Assembly (NCBI GenBank): GCA_000004985.1
Contig: GG738845.1
Length of the DNA stretch: 64,000 bases
DNA from: Naegleria gruberi
Lineage: Eukaryota
Strand: one strand, 5' to 3'
Shown piece by piece: positions 1-10,156 of the stretch (its first letter is position 1; each line of letters begins with the position of its first letter). Under the pieces are notes generated by a model, which worked only from the letters and a program-made list of their open reading frames with translations, searched no databases and was not told the origin of the DNA. Made by a program: the position numbers and the translations under genes.

Positions 1-807
1 ATTTCCATATATTTACCAAAACGACTACTATTGTCGTTTCTCAATGTTTTAGCATTACCAAAAGCTTCTAATACTGGATTTGCTTCAATAAGAATACGTT
101 TAATATTTTCTGTAATTAATCCAGAAATTGAAATGGCACTAATATATTCAAGTAGGATTTTACAACTTTCTGTTTTACCTGCACCACTAGTTGTTGTTAT
201 TATGTTTGGTCAGAATGATGAATATTCAAAATATGTCCACACACAAATGTTGCAATAATGTGTTATCACAAAATTACTTACCTCTCACCAGAGACCACAA
301 CAGTTTGTCCCTGACCGGTTTCCTTCATTTGTCTATAGGCATCCTCCGCGAGAGAATATAAGTGAGGACCAATTTCATAGGGTTGTTTGGCGTGATAGAA
401 ACTTTATAAAGGTTGAATGTGAAAATATTAACAAGTTATACTTACGTCTTGACATGATTCTTATAATTCTTTGTTTTGGAATATGGATTGATAGCAATTA
501 TTGTTGGACCAAGATAGGTATAAAATTGAGAAACTCCTCCATTGATATCTGGCTGTTTGTTACTATATCTGTTTTTGAGTATTCGTGTGACTGTCTGATC
601 AGTTGGTTCTTTTATGAGTGATAAATCATCGAGTGTATCCGATTCAAAATTACGTTTATAAAGTTGATATAAAGCAAATTCAGAAGTTTCATTAGTTCCA
701 TCAACATCGGCTGGGTTTACATTATTCACAACTTCTACCTCAGCCTCCGCTGCTTCTTTTAGTTGGGTTGACGAAGAGTTTGCGTTCACTCCACGAGGAC
801 TCAACAT
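1..807 (-). CDS. Myosin heavy chain, N-terminal motor domain. The gene is 5' partial and continues past coordinate 1. Three exons lie at about 807-446, 401-282 and 186-1.
   Basis: The minus-strand translation reads ...[13 protein letters not shown] | [39 protein letters not shown] | [20 protein letters not shown]...[16 protein letters not shown]. This contains the myosin P-loop (GESGAGKTE) and switch I (NDNSSRFGK). The introns are 402-445 (44 bp, GTAAGT..AAAG) and 187-281 (95 bp, GTAAGT..CTAG), and both restore the frame. The ATG at 807 is a genuine ATG. Confidence 0.85.
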
Positions 808-927
808 TTAGCGATACTTGATTTTTTTTATTGTGTATTGACAAGTGAATGAAATGTTGTGACATCCAAAAACAAGAGATTTGTCAAGTTTTTCTTCAGT
901 TGATTACAGTTTTCTTCTTACGTAGCA

Positions 928-3653
928 TTACATTCTCGTATTAAACCTTTCACTAATTTCAGTCAGGAACTGGTCAATCTTCTTAATGGCTGCAGATGCA
1001 GAAGGATCTTCGATAATGTTAATTTGTCCTTCAGCTCCTTGTGGTATCTTTAACACTTCCTTTTGTCCTCTCACCATTCTCAGCTTTGGATTGATTCTAA
1101 TCAATTCAGCACCAGAATTTTGCTTTAAAACAGTGTCTGACATTGTTCTAAGTTTTTGTTCTGCTCCTATTTCTAAAATACATAATGACCTTCCTTCCTC
1201 CTGGATTGCCTTTTTGATTTTAGTGGTCCAAGTTCTAAATGGGATCATTGATGTTTTTATCCATTGCTCATCAGTAGCGTTCATCTTTGCTCTTGGTCTT
1301 GCAACTCCTCTACAGCTCTCACAGAAAATTCTGTTAATAACTGGTTGTTTCTTTGGATTGTAGAGGTCGATATCCTCTTCAGATTTTACTTTTGAGTTCA
1401 GCAGGTCAGAATACTGCATGGCCTTCTTATTGAATGGATCTTCATAAGGACTCGATGCAAGAGCTGACTTGGGAGTATTAAAAACTGTTGGCGTGGTTAC
1501 TGAAGGAGTGGGATTGGTTGATGAACTAGCAGAAAAGAATGAAGCAGTTTTTCGATCATCCTTAATCTCTGGTTGATGAACAGGTATGGTTGGATTGGCT
1601 GTTGAAAAATCACTGATTGGCATGTCAACAAAAACTGTACCAAGTTTTACACCTTGATCACCTTCTTGGATTGTTCTAAGTTTTAGAGAGTGGACACTAT
1701 CTCTTGTTTTGAGGGAGAAGTCTAACATTCGAACAGAAGCAACCGAAATGTCAGGTAGCTGGCTGTGAGGTCTTCTTAATGATCCCTCTGTTCTTGGTCG
1801 TTGCGCCAAGTTTGACTTCTTGACTGGTGTTCCCAATAAAAACCTCATATTGTATTCTCCTACAAGTTGCCAAGGTTTTTCTTCAACCCTCGTAATCAAT
1901 GTGTTTTTCCGCAGTAATGGTTGAACTACAACACTAACCTTACCTCTAACTGGCATATTTTTCAATACCTTATTTGATAGAGTGTCTTGAGCATTAATGA
2001 TAACCGAGTCAACAAAAATACCATCCTCTTCTCTCTTTCTTCTAATTGTTGGAGAGACTTGACTAGTGAAGGAAATAACGGGAAAAGGCTCATCTATTGT
2101 ATCTTCTAAATTATAAATTTGGACTGATATGATAAATTTTACATTGGTTGAGCCAGCCACCAAAGTAAAATCTTTTGGAATAATTGGAACAGGATTCTTT
2201 CGAAATTCTTGAATATCTCTTTCTGTAACTATATCATCCGAATTATGAATATCTGTGTAGAATTGGTGATAATGAATCATTGGATCAATAATTGTAACCT
2301 CCATGTACCCTTCCTCTGAAGGGTCAATTTCACCATTAACAGCAAATGAATGCAACGTTACATGAACGTCTTCTGAAAACTCTTGGAATCTAGATTCATC
2401 TCCACTCTTGTTCTCTATCAATAATTTAAGGTTATTATTTACATTATGCAAGTGAATTCCATTATTATGTATGTCAGTGTTATATTCTTCATTATTCTCG
2501 TCTTCTGTATTAATTAAATTATATCTCTGTAAAACAGCATCTCTCCTTTCGATTAAGCTCCTGCTATTCAAACCAGATTTAATTCCTTCTGAAGTTTGTT
2601 CTGCTATCTTTCCAATATCTGCCAGTGACCCTAAAACATAATTATTCTTCCCATATAGAGACGATACTCTTCTTGAGGCAGATCCTGGTCTTTGATAATT
2701 TTCTGGATTTTTAAACTTTTCTGGAACATCTTTGTTAGAAAAGAATTGGTAGAATGCTCCTCTTTTTTCCCCTATTTGTGTAGGTATCAACTTGTCTGAG
2801 TTTCCCTTATGGAAAACAGCTCCAGAGATTGGAGTATCCATGTAGAGCTTTTTTTTGAAATAATCTGTTTTTCCAGTAGCAGAATAAAAATTAAAATCTT
2901 CTTCAGATACCGAAGTAAAAAGTGAGTCAGAAAATCCATCTTCTCCTTTCTTTGTATGATGGTGTTTGTCTTGAAATTTTAAAGGTGGAGCTCTTCCACT
3001 TTCCTGGTTGATTTCAAATCTAAAATCTTCCTTAACTCTAAAAAATGATTTACAACAAGGTATTGCACATTGCCAAGTCAATAAATCTCCTCTCGTTTCG
3101 TAATATTCACTTTCCTTAAATCCTTCCTTAACCAATTCTCCATCAATACTAGAAGTGACACAGAAAAATCTGCTTGGCATGTTCATAAATTTCTTCTTGT
3201 CTTCTTGAGGAGGATTTTCATCTTTCTTTTTACTCTTATCTTCGACTTGAAATCTGGGGTCATTTTGAAGAAAAAATACCTCTTTCCAGTGATGGATGGA
3301 TTTAATTGCATTACTTGATGATTGCTTTGAGCGTTGAGATCGGTTTAATGCTTGTCCCCAAAATCCATAAAACAGCTCGTCATCCTTTTTTAATACAACA
3401 GGATCACATAAATCTTCAAGTTTCAAACCAGATTCCGCATACATTTTGGCTCTTTTTTCAAATATTTCCTCTAATATTTTGTTTCCTGATGTTGAGCCTG
3501 ATTCTTCTCCCACAATTACCAGCAAGAAGTATGACAAGAAAATGGACTGTTGAACGATTTAGAAATCAAATGAAAATAAACCTACCTCTGCAGCCCTTTC
3601 AAAAGGATCTGCTTTCTTGTTCCTCTTGAATTTTGCCAATGCTTTGCTTGACA
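928..3653 (-). CDS. Large hypothetical protein of about 890 aa with no recognisable family. Two exons, 3653-3586 and 3546-928.
   Basis: The long ORF 928-3537 begins with TTG rather than ATG. A genuine ATG (MSSKALAKFKRNKKADPFERAAE) lies upstream at 3653. It joins the long ORF in frame through a 39-bp intron (GTAGGT..CAACAG, 3547-3585). Confidence 0.55.
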
Positions 3654-3726
3654 TTGTATAATAAAGCAGAGATCCTCACTCTTTTGATAATAAGGTATTT
3701 TTTTTTGATGTGGTTAAATTTAAAAT

Positions 3727-3738
3727 TTTTGGCGCCAA
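3727..3738. promoter_or_regulatory. E2F-like element TTTTGGCGCCAA, about 75 bp upstream of the ATG at 3653
   Basis: A GC-only palindromic core GGCGCC flanked by T and A runs, sitting in an AT-rich intergenic stretch. It matches the E2F/DP consensus TTTSGCGCSAAA. Confidence 0.35.
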
Positions 3739-3798
3739 TTACTGAAGCATTTGTAATTCCGTCCACAAATTGTTGTGTTTTAACAAATTTACAACTTA

Positions 3799-6336
3799 CT
3801 ACCTAAATGATTTTATTGATCTATTTTTGGAGGAAGAATGGTAAAGAGTGGATCTTTGGGATAACGAATTTGTTCTTATGGAGATTGAGCCATCCAACAA
3901 TGCACTCAATGAAGGAGCTTTGTTCATATTTCTTTGATTGACTTGGGACTTAATAGAAGGAGATGAAAAGAGTATCGAATCACCTGATACTTTCTTTACT
4001 TTACCTCCACTATCTCTAAGAATATCAGCCATTACTTTTGAAGTTTCTTTCATTTCAACTTCGTTATTTGCATGATGAAGTGCCAATAATTTTTTGCAGG
4101 AACAAATGTGTTGATAAGCAAGAGGGTAGTTTTTCATTGTTGCGTAAACTATCGAAATATTTCTCTGACTAATTATTGTGTCAATATGATTTGTTCCAAA
4201 CAATCTTTCCCGAATAGATTTTGCATGGGTATAGAGTCGAAGTGCTTCAGTAATTTTCAATTCTCTTATTTTAGAATCATCTATTGAGGTTGATTTTTGC
4301 TGTAATATTTCTCTTACAAGTTTTTCATCCTTTTGATTATTTAAAAACGAAGTTAAATAGAGATGACCAAGGTTTGTATAAATAACAGCTGTAGCTTCGT
4401 GATCAAAGCCAAATGAGCTCTCAAAGATTGCTTTACATTTTTGATACTTTTCAAATGCTTCGATAATTTTACCTTGTTGTCTTAAAATATTTCCAATATT
4501 ATTTAAAACTGTGCCAGTAGAAGGGTGGTTATCTCCATAATACTGTTGTTTGTGTTTCAATACTCTGTAAAGCAGATCCATTGCTTCGTCTCCTTTCCCA
4601 AAATTAAGTAAAAGAGAGGATATATTTTCGAAAACAAGTATTGTTTCCGTGTGAGTATCTCCATAATGTTTCACATATATCTCCTTCGCCTTATTGTAAA
4701 ATGATAAAGCCTCCTCAAATTTTCCCATTTCCTGTCTCAGATTTCCTATGTACAAATAACCCACAGCTGTTTCAATATGGTCCTTACCGAATTCTATTTC
4801 TCTAAGCATGATTCCATGGTATAAATATTCATCTGCTTTTTCAAACTCTTGCATTGTAATATATAGGCTCCCTATCATTAGATAACAAGAAACTGTTGAC
4901 GAATGCCTTTCTCCAAGAATTCTTTCTCTTATGTTGAGAGCCTTTTCATAGAGTATTATCGCTTCCTCTGTCTGTTTCAAGCTTTTGAGACAAGTTGCCA
5001 AGTTCACCAAACTAGTTGCATAATCAGGATGGTCAATAAGAGAATTGCTTTCCAAAATACCTTCTCCCAGTCTATAATATTGGTAGGCCTTGTGATAATC
5101 TGCAACGTATAGAAATACATTTCCAATGTTATTGTAAACAGTGGCTGTTTCTAAATGATCCCTACCAAATATTTTCTCTCGAATTTCTAAAGCCTTACAA
5201 AGGCATTCCATAGAGTTTTCAAAAGATCCAACAAGACTATACACCACTCCAAGTTGTGTATAAGCAGTTGCGATCTCGTTCGTATTTACATGGTAATATT
5301 TTTGCTTTTCTAAAAGATGTTTTCTATAATACTCTATCGAGTGTTTGTACTTTCCTTGCAATTTCATTAGATAACCCAAATCATTGTAAATTTGTATTGA
5401 AAACAAGGCTAGAACTCTATTATTGTGCTTTGATTTGAATAAACCATCAACAATCTTCTTGGCCTCCAATAGGTACAACTTTGCTTGTTTGAATTTTGCA
5501 AGATGAGTCAATGATTCTCCCAAAAGAATAAAAATATAAATTAAATCCTCATTGAAACTACCTAAATGTTTCAATATCATTTGTTTGCATTCCAAAGCTT
5601 TTTCAACTGCATTCTCCAAAAATCCAGAATGAAGTAGCTCACAGGCAATTACCTTAGTTTGCTGTATCTCTCCCTTATCTATTGAGTTTGAAGGTGATAT
5701 GTTCTTTTTTAAAGACCTCTCATTTTGGAAGTTTTCTTTTACTCCGTTGAAAATAAAAGTGGTCTCTTTGAAGGGCGATAGGGCAGTGGATGGAGAAAAA
5801 TGGTTGGGAGAAGTTATCAAATTTTCACAAATCGAAATTGAAGTTGCCTTACTTAGTGGAGGAGGTGAGATGGACACTGTGATTGGCTTATCCTCAGTAA
5901 ATCCTTGCAAGAAGGGTGTATGGCCATTGCTGGGTGTATGTTCTTCGGAACTGATATGTTTCTTGTATTTCTCTACATCATCAGATAGATGTTTTCTGAA
6001 TGGTGTTGGAGTTTGTAAAGGAGGATAGATGTTCTTTCCGCAAGTTATTGGAGAGTTGTTGATTGTAAAGGGTGTGATGGGTTGTGGGGAAGACGGATTT
6101 TCTAATTCATTGTATGAGATATGAATAAAATTTGGATCACTTTCTTGTTGAATTTGTTTTACCCTTAATGCCCATGCCTCCTCTAATGATGTGTTTTGTC
6201 CTATATTTAGTGGTTGAGGGTGTGATTGTTTGGTTGATGAAAATATGTTGAAGGGGGAGAGGTTGTTGTTGAGATCCTTCTTTGGAGTTATTACTGGACG
6301 AGAGGGTGATAGAAAATTGGCATTCAAAATATTCAT
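3799..6336 (-). CDS. TPR-repeat protein with a Ser/Pro/Asn-rich N-terminal region. The C-terminal 550 aa are kinesin-light-chain/NPHP3-type TPR repeats.
   Basis: The start is a genuine ATG at 6336. The repeats have the form ...AxxYxxLGxxYxxxGxYxxAxxxYxxAL.I.E..(F/L)G..H..TA.. . This is the pattern of TPR_10/TPR_12 repeats as found in kinesin light chains and nephrocystin-3. No intron is needed. Confidence 0.65.
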   Translation of the reverse strand: MNILNANFLSPSRPVITPKKDLNNNLSPFNIFSSTKQSHPQPLNIGQNTSLEEAWALRVKQIQQESDPNFIHISYNELENPSSPQPITPFTINNSPITCGKNIYPPLQTPTPFRKHLSDDVEKYKKHISSEEHTPSNGHTPFLQGFTEDKPITVSISPPPLSKATSISICENLITSPNHFSPSTALSPFKETTFIFNGVKENFQNERSLKKNISPSNSIDKGEIQQTKVIACELLHSGFLENAVEKALECKQMILKHLGSFNEDLIYIFILLGESLTHLAKFKQAKLYLLEAKKIVDGLFKSKHNNRVLALFSIQIYNDLGYLMKLQGKYKHSIEYYRKHLLEKQKYYHVNTNEIATAYTQLGVVYSLVGSFENSMECLCKALEIREKIFGRDHLETATVYNNIGNVFLYVADYHKAYQYYRLGEGILESNSLIDHPDYATSLVNLATCLKSLKQTEEAIILYEKALNIRERILGERHSSTVSCYLMIGSLYITMQEFEKADEYLYHGIMLREIEFGKDHIETAVGYLYIGNLRQEMGKFEEALSFYNKAKEIYVKHYGDTHTETILVFENISSLLLNFGKGDEAMDLLYRVLKHKQQYYGDNHPSTGTVLNNIGNILRQQGKIIEAFEKYQKCKAIFESSFGFDHEATAVIYTNLGHLYLTSFLNNQKDEKLVREILQQKSTSIDDSKIRELKITEALRLYTHAKSIRERLFGTNHIDTIISQRNISIVYATMKNYPLAYQHICSCKKLLALHHANNEVEMKETSKVMADILRDSGGKVKKVSGDSILFSSPSIKSQVNQRNMNKAPSLSALLDGSISIRTNSLSQRSTLYHSSSKNRSIKSFR

Positions 6337-6450
6337 ATTATTGAAAAGACATTCCGTAAAGATGTGTTTTGATTTTTTTTAAAAACGTTCACCACACCTC
6401 ATTCAATTAATGAATAACGGTGCTTTTGGGAGGGAAAAGTCGTTTTGACG

Positions 6451-6460
6451 TTGGCGCCAA
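6451..6460. promoter_or_regulatory. E2F-like palindrome TTGGCGCCAA in a 152-bp divergent promoter between genes 3799-6336(-) and 6489-8183(+)
   Basis: The element lies 29 bp upstream of the ATG at 6489. It has the same core as the elements at 3731 and 20386. Confidence 0.35.
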
Positions 6461-6488
6461 GAAATTTCTTCTACAACTATTTAAAAAA

Positions 6489-8183
6489 ATGAGTGAACCA
6501 TCATCTATAGACAATCAAGAGGAAGGTTTGGAAAATGCAACTCCGTCACCTCTGCCAGAAGGTGCCGAAGAGGAAACAACACAAGGATCACCAACACCTC
6601 AAAATGAGGAAGGAAATTCTCCTGGTAATACTGACAACGGAGAGGAACCAGAAGATGACGAGGCAGGGTTTAGGCCATATGATCCTAATGGATCATTAAC
6701 TGGAGGAGTGAATGAATCTATTGTACAACAAACATTAAATGATGCAGCAAATGTTATTCAGGATGTTGAGGTATTAAGAGAGGAAGAAAATAGACAAAAA
6801 AGAGAGGAGCACCTAAGGCAACGAATTAGAGAATTGAAAGAAGAGGAACAATCATATTCAAAAATTAATATGACAAATATCAATGCGAATTGGTTATATT
6901 TAATGAGAGAAAGCAAACTAAAGGAGTTAAAAGACTCAATTCAAATCCAAGCTCAAGACCACGACCGATTGGTTGATAGAAAAAATGCAACCATCCAATT
7001 AATGTACAGAGAATTAGACGAGTCTGAAGAGCAATACAGATCTGCTTTGAGGACTCATATGCAACACATAGAGGAACTTCTTCAATTACAAGATCAAAGG
7101 TTGACAATATTGCATCAAGAGTTTAACAATGATCTGTATCTATTAAAAAAGGAATATGAAGAGGAAACGCAAGAATTAAGACAAAAACACAAGCAGGAAA
7201 TGCAAGAATGGGAGGAAATAACAAAAGAAATGGAAAAGAGGGAAGAAAAAACCAACGAAACAATGGAACTCGATTTTGCTCAAACAAAGGAAAAGATAAA
7301 AAATAGATATCAGGAAGAATTGATCCAAATGGTTGGTAATATGAATGACAAGATTGAGGAGTATAGAAAAATTACAAAGCAGGAAAACAACGACCACTAC
7401 GAATCAATGAATCAAAAATATAAGGATTATATTATTTTAAGAGAAAGAGATAGTAGTTACATTGAAATTATCAAAACTCAGACTTATCAAATTAAAATGA
7501 AGGAAGAGGCCCTTGCCCATTGGAAAGCTAAATGGTTAAACAATTTAAGAGAATGTGAAGAAAGAAATAATAAGCTCATTAAAGAAAAAGACCAACTTGC
7601 TCAACACTTTAAAGAATTGAAAAAGAAAATGAATTCATTCAGAGAATCAGAGAAGAAGAGGTTAACAGAACTTGTCAAAATGAGTACAGAAACAAAAGAA
7701 GCTCTTAAAGAAAAGCTCGAAAAAGCTTCAAGAATACTCAAATTGTCGGAAGTCAATAGGAGATACGAAACGGAAAGAGAGAGATTACTTCCTTTCGAAA
7801 GTGATATGGAAAACCATGTTGGTTTAGTTTCAGTCGCAGAGTCATCCATTGAGGAGTCTAATGTCGATGTTGATGAAAAGAACTTTTCTGAATCTGAGTG
7901 GCAACAACTGAATAGATTTTACAAAAGATACAATAAGGTGTTGCTGGATAATCTTGCCCTTGATCAAGAGAAGGAGCACCTGGTTGACCAAAACAAAAAG
8001 CTCAGAGACATGCTTAAACAATATCTTGATGGTATTTCAGTTAATGAAGATGTCCTTAACAATAGAAACCCTCTGTTGATTGTGGACCCTCTCACAAAGG
8101 GTAAGTCTGCCAATGAGGATAAACATATGGTTGTTGTTACATCTGATAACGGTGGTGGGGAAAAGGTAAAGGTTTCCAATTAA
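6489..8183 (+). CDS. Coiled-coil flagellar protein, like a nexin-dynein regulatory complex subunit (DRC1/DRC2, the CCDC164/CCDC65 family)
   Basis: The genuine ATG is at 6489; the ORF-track start at 6420 is a GTG. The product has an acidic N-terminus followed by a long coiled coil. It contains MYRELDESEEQYRSALRTHMQHIEELLQLQDQRL and, near the C-terminus, LKQYLDGISVNEDVL...NPLL. As I recall them, these resemble the NYD-SP28 and sperm-tail domains of DRC1/DRC2. Confidence 0.45.
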   Translation: MSEPSSIDNQEEGLENATPSPLPEGAEEETTQGSPTPQNEEGNSPGNTDNGEEPEDDEAGFRPYDPNGSLTGGVNESIVQQTLNDAANVIQDVEVLREEENRQKREEHLRQRIRELKEEEQSYSKINMTNINANWLYLMRESKLKELKDSIQIQAQDHDRLVDRKNATIQLMYRELDESEEQYRSALRTHMQHIEELLQLQDQRLTILHQEFNNDLYLLKKEYEEETQELRQKHKQEMQEWEEITKEMEKREEKTNETMELDFAQTKEKIKNRYQEELIQMVGNMNDKIEEYRKITKQENNDHYESMNQKYKDYIILRERDSSYIEIIKTQTYQIKMKEEALAHWKAKWLNNLRECEERNNKLIKEKDQLAQHFKELKKKMNSFRESEKKRLTELVKMSTETKEALKEKLEKASRILKLSEVNRRYETERERLLPFESDMENHVGLVSVAESSIEESNVDVDEKNFSESEWQQLNRFYKRYNKVLLDNLALDQEKEHLVDQNKKLRDMLKQYLDGISVNEDVLNNRNPLLIVDPLTKGKSANEDKHMVVVTSDNGGGEKVKVSN

Positions 8184-8216
8184 CAGAATTCTTCCATAAA
8201 GCTATAGTTTCGACAA

Positions 8217-9991
8217 TTAGTTATCATCTTTATTCTGGATAGAATAGTCATCTCTATCCACAATCTTCATCCAACTTACACAATCCAATAAAAACTTTGT
8301 ACAAATAACGGTATGACCAGTTTCTCGTTCAACTTTAGCAGCATTTTCAATGGTAATTTCATTGTCACCAATGACAATATTATCATATTTTGATTTCCTT
8401 TGTGGTTTTTTAAAAGCAGTTTGAGAAACTGTTCCACCACCAAACTCTACTAGTTCAGTTAACTCTTTCTTTGTTGGATTTTTTGCCTTGGGATCAAATT
8501 TTCCCATAAAATAGAACCTGTAACCTGAAAATAATCTAGTATCTCCATTTGCCAATCTCTCTCTTGCTACTTTGCAAGAATCATATTTTACATTTGAATC
8601 TCCAAGAGCACAATATTCCAGTTCGTCAATATGAGAATTAGAGCTAATTACTTTTTCAATCCAATCAACTCCTACAATCCACACTCCAGATACTACTCCT
8701 ATACAATATTTAATAGTTCTTCGTGAATATCTATTATCATCCAAAGTGGTTATGAGATGAGTTACCTCGTGAGTAAATTCTGTAACTACATCAGCCCCAA
8801 GAACTTTTGCAGCCAAATCTAGCTTCTTCTTTGTGTCTCCATTAAGATTAGAGCCAATTAAACAAAGTTTTTTGAGTTTAGATCTCGATATTCTTTTCCT
8901 GCCAGTGGTGCTGGAACTTGTTTGAGAGTTTGTTTGCTGAGAAATGGCCGTGCTTACACTTGGTGGAACCAGCTCAGAAGGTTGGAAATTACTGGTAAAC
9001 GTTGTTAAGAAGGGAAACTTTTCATTCGAAAACCCAAACACACCATATATATCACTCAAATCAGATAGTAAATCCTCAATTTGTGATAACTTGAGTCTTT
9101 TAGCGCTCAAGTCAGAATCCACTTTTGATAATGCCTCCTTTGATCTACTGCCAGAACTAGCATCAATTATTGCTGTTGTTGAAGAATCTGAAATATTTCC
9201 ATCCTGCTCTGATGAAGAGGAAGGTTTACTTCTTGTAAACTTTCTCTTTCTGGTTAATGTTGTAGAAGTGGAGCTGCTTCCATAAATGTTATTAGTATTT
9301 GATTTTCGATTTGGTTGGGTAGGTTTTGGTGTTTTAAACTCGATATTATTTGCGGCAAGTTTGGTTGGATCGGGATACATTGAGCATAATTCTTCATATG
9401 TGTTTCCAGTTGTTGAATTTGGGATGTTATCAGAAACTACTTGTCGTTTTGGAGAAGATGGTTGTAATTCTATTGTTTGATTGAATTTCTTCTTCAATGA
9501 ATGAAATGCCTCAATCAGATTGGCAAGAGATTGCATAGGCATTAAATCTCTCTTGGATAGGATTGGTGTTTTACATAGAGGACACTCTTTCTTAGTCTTC
9601 ATACCCTCTTCAATACATTCATAACAGTAAATGTGACTGCAATGGGTGGCTGTTGGTTCTGTCCATACATCCATACTATGAATTCAAGTAGTTAGTTTAT
9701 AGTTGAAGGAAATTTTGATGTGAATTAAAATTTTAATTAGAAAATCCAATTATCAATCTTAACCTACCAAATAGCACAGCGTAATTCACTTTCAAAGGCA
9801 TCAAAATCCCTATTGGTTAATGGAAACGGTTGAAACTCTGTACTATTTTTGTTTGGAGGGGTTGGAAAACTATCAGATGGTGGCATTGAATGTTCATCAT
9901 CAGCAAAATCCAATCTCATAGAATCCGAAGTTTTGGAATTTTCTATTGGAGAAACTTTTTGATCCGACGATGAGGTTTTTCGTCTAGGCAT
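8217..9991 (-). CDS. BRCA1-like protein with an N-terminal C3HC4 RING finger and C-terminal tandem BRCT domains. Exons 9991-9768 and 9675-8217.
   Basis: ORF 8217-9674 has a half RING (HCSHIYCYEC...CPLCKTPI) and two BRCT repeats with W...C/S motifs (WIVGVDWIEKV, LDCVSWMKIV). The upstream ORF 9764-9991 starts at a genuine ATG and ends ...ESELRCAI. It joins through a 92-bp intron (GTAGGT..TTCATAG, 9676-9767) in phase 2. The junction creates CAIC, completing C-x2-C-x11-C-x-H-x3-C-x2-C-x10-C-x2-C. The completed RING resembles the human BRCA1 RING [45 protein letters not shown]. Confidence 0.75.
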
Positions 9992-10156
9992 TTTTTATTG
10001 TAACTGTATTTAAAACAATTCCTCCACTATTACGAATTGTAAAAAGGTTATTAATTCTTGCAAATTAAATCACCATTTTGAATAAATTAAATAATAAAAT
10101 TTTAGATTATTAATTTCGGATATTTTGTTGTTATTTATTTTACGCCATTTAAAAAA

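Noticed and set aside
986-1363. Antisense or overlapping ORFs of 60-150 aa inside long genes, for example 986-1363, 7176-7397, 14607-14897, 17982-18320, 19948-20271, 26946-27257, 33199-33738, 44985-45230 and 60827-61213
   Set aside because: Each overlaps a well-supported gene on the other strand or in another frame. Their composition is hydrophobic or low-complexity, as expected from AT-rich antisense. Several such ORFs are expected by chance at this base composition.
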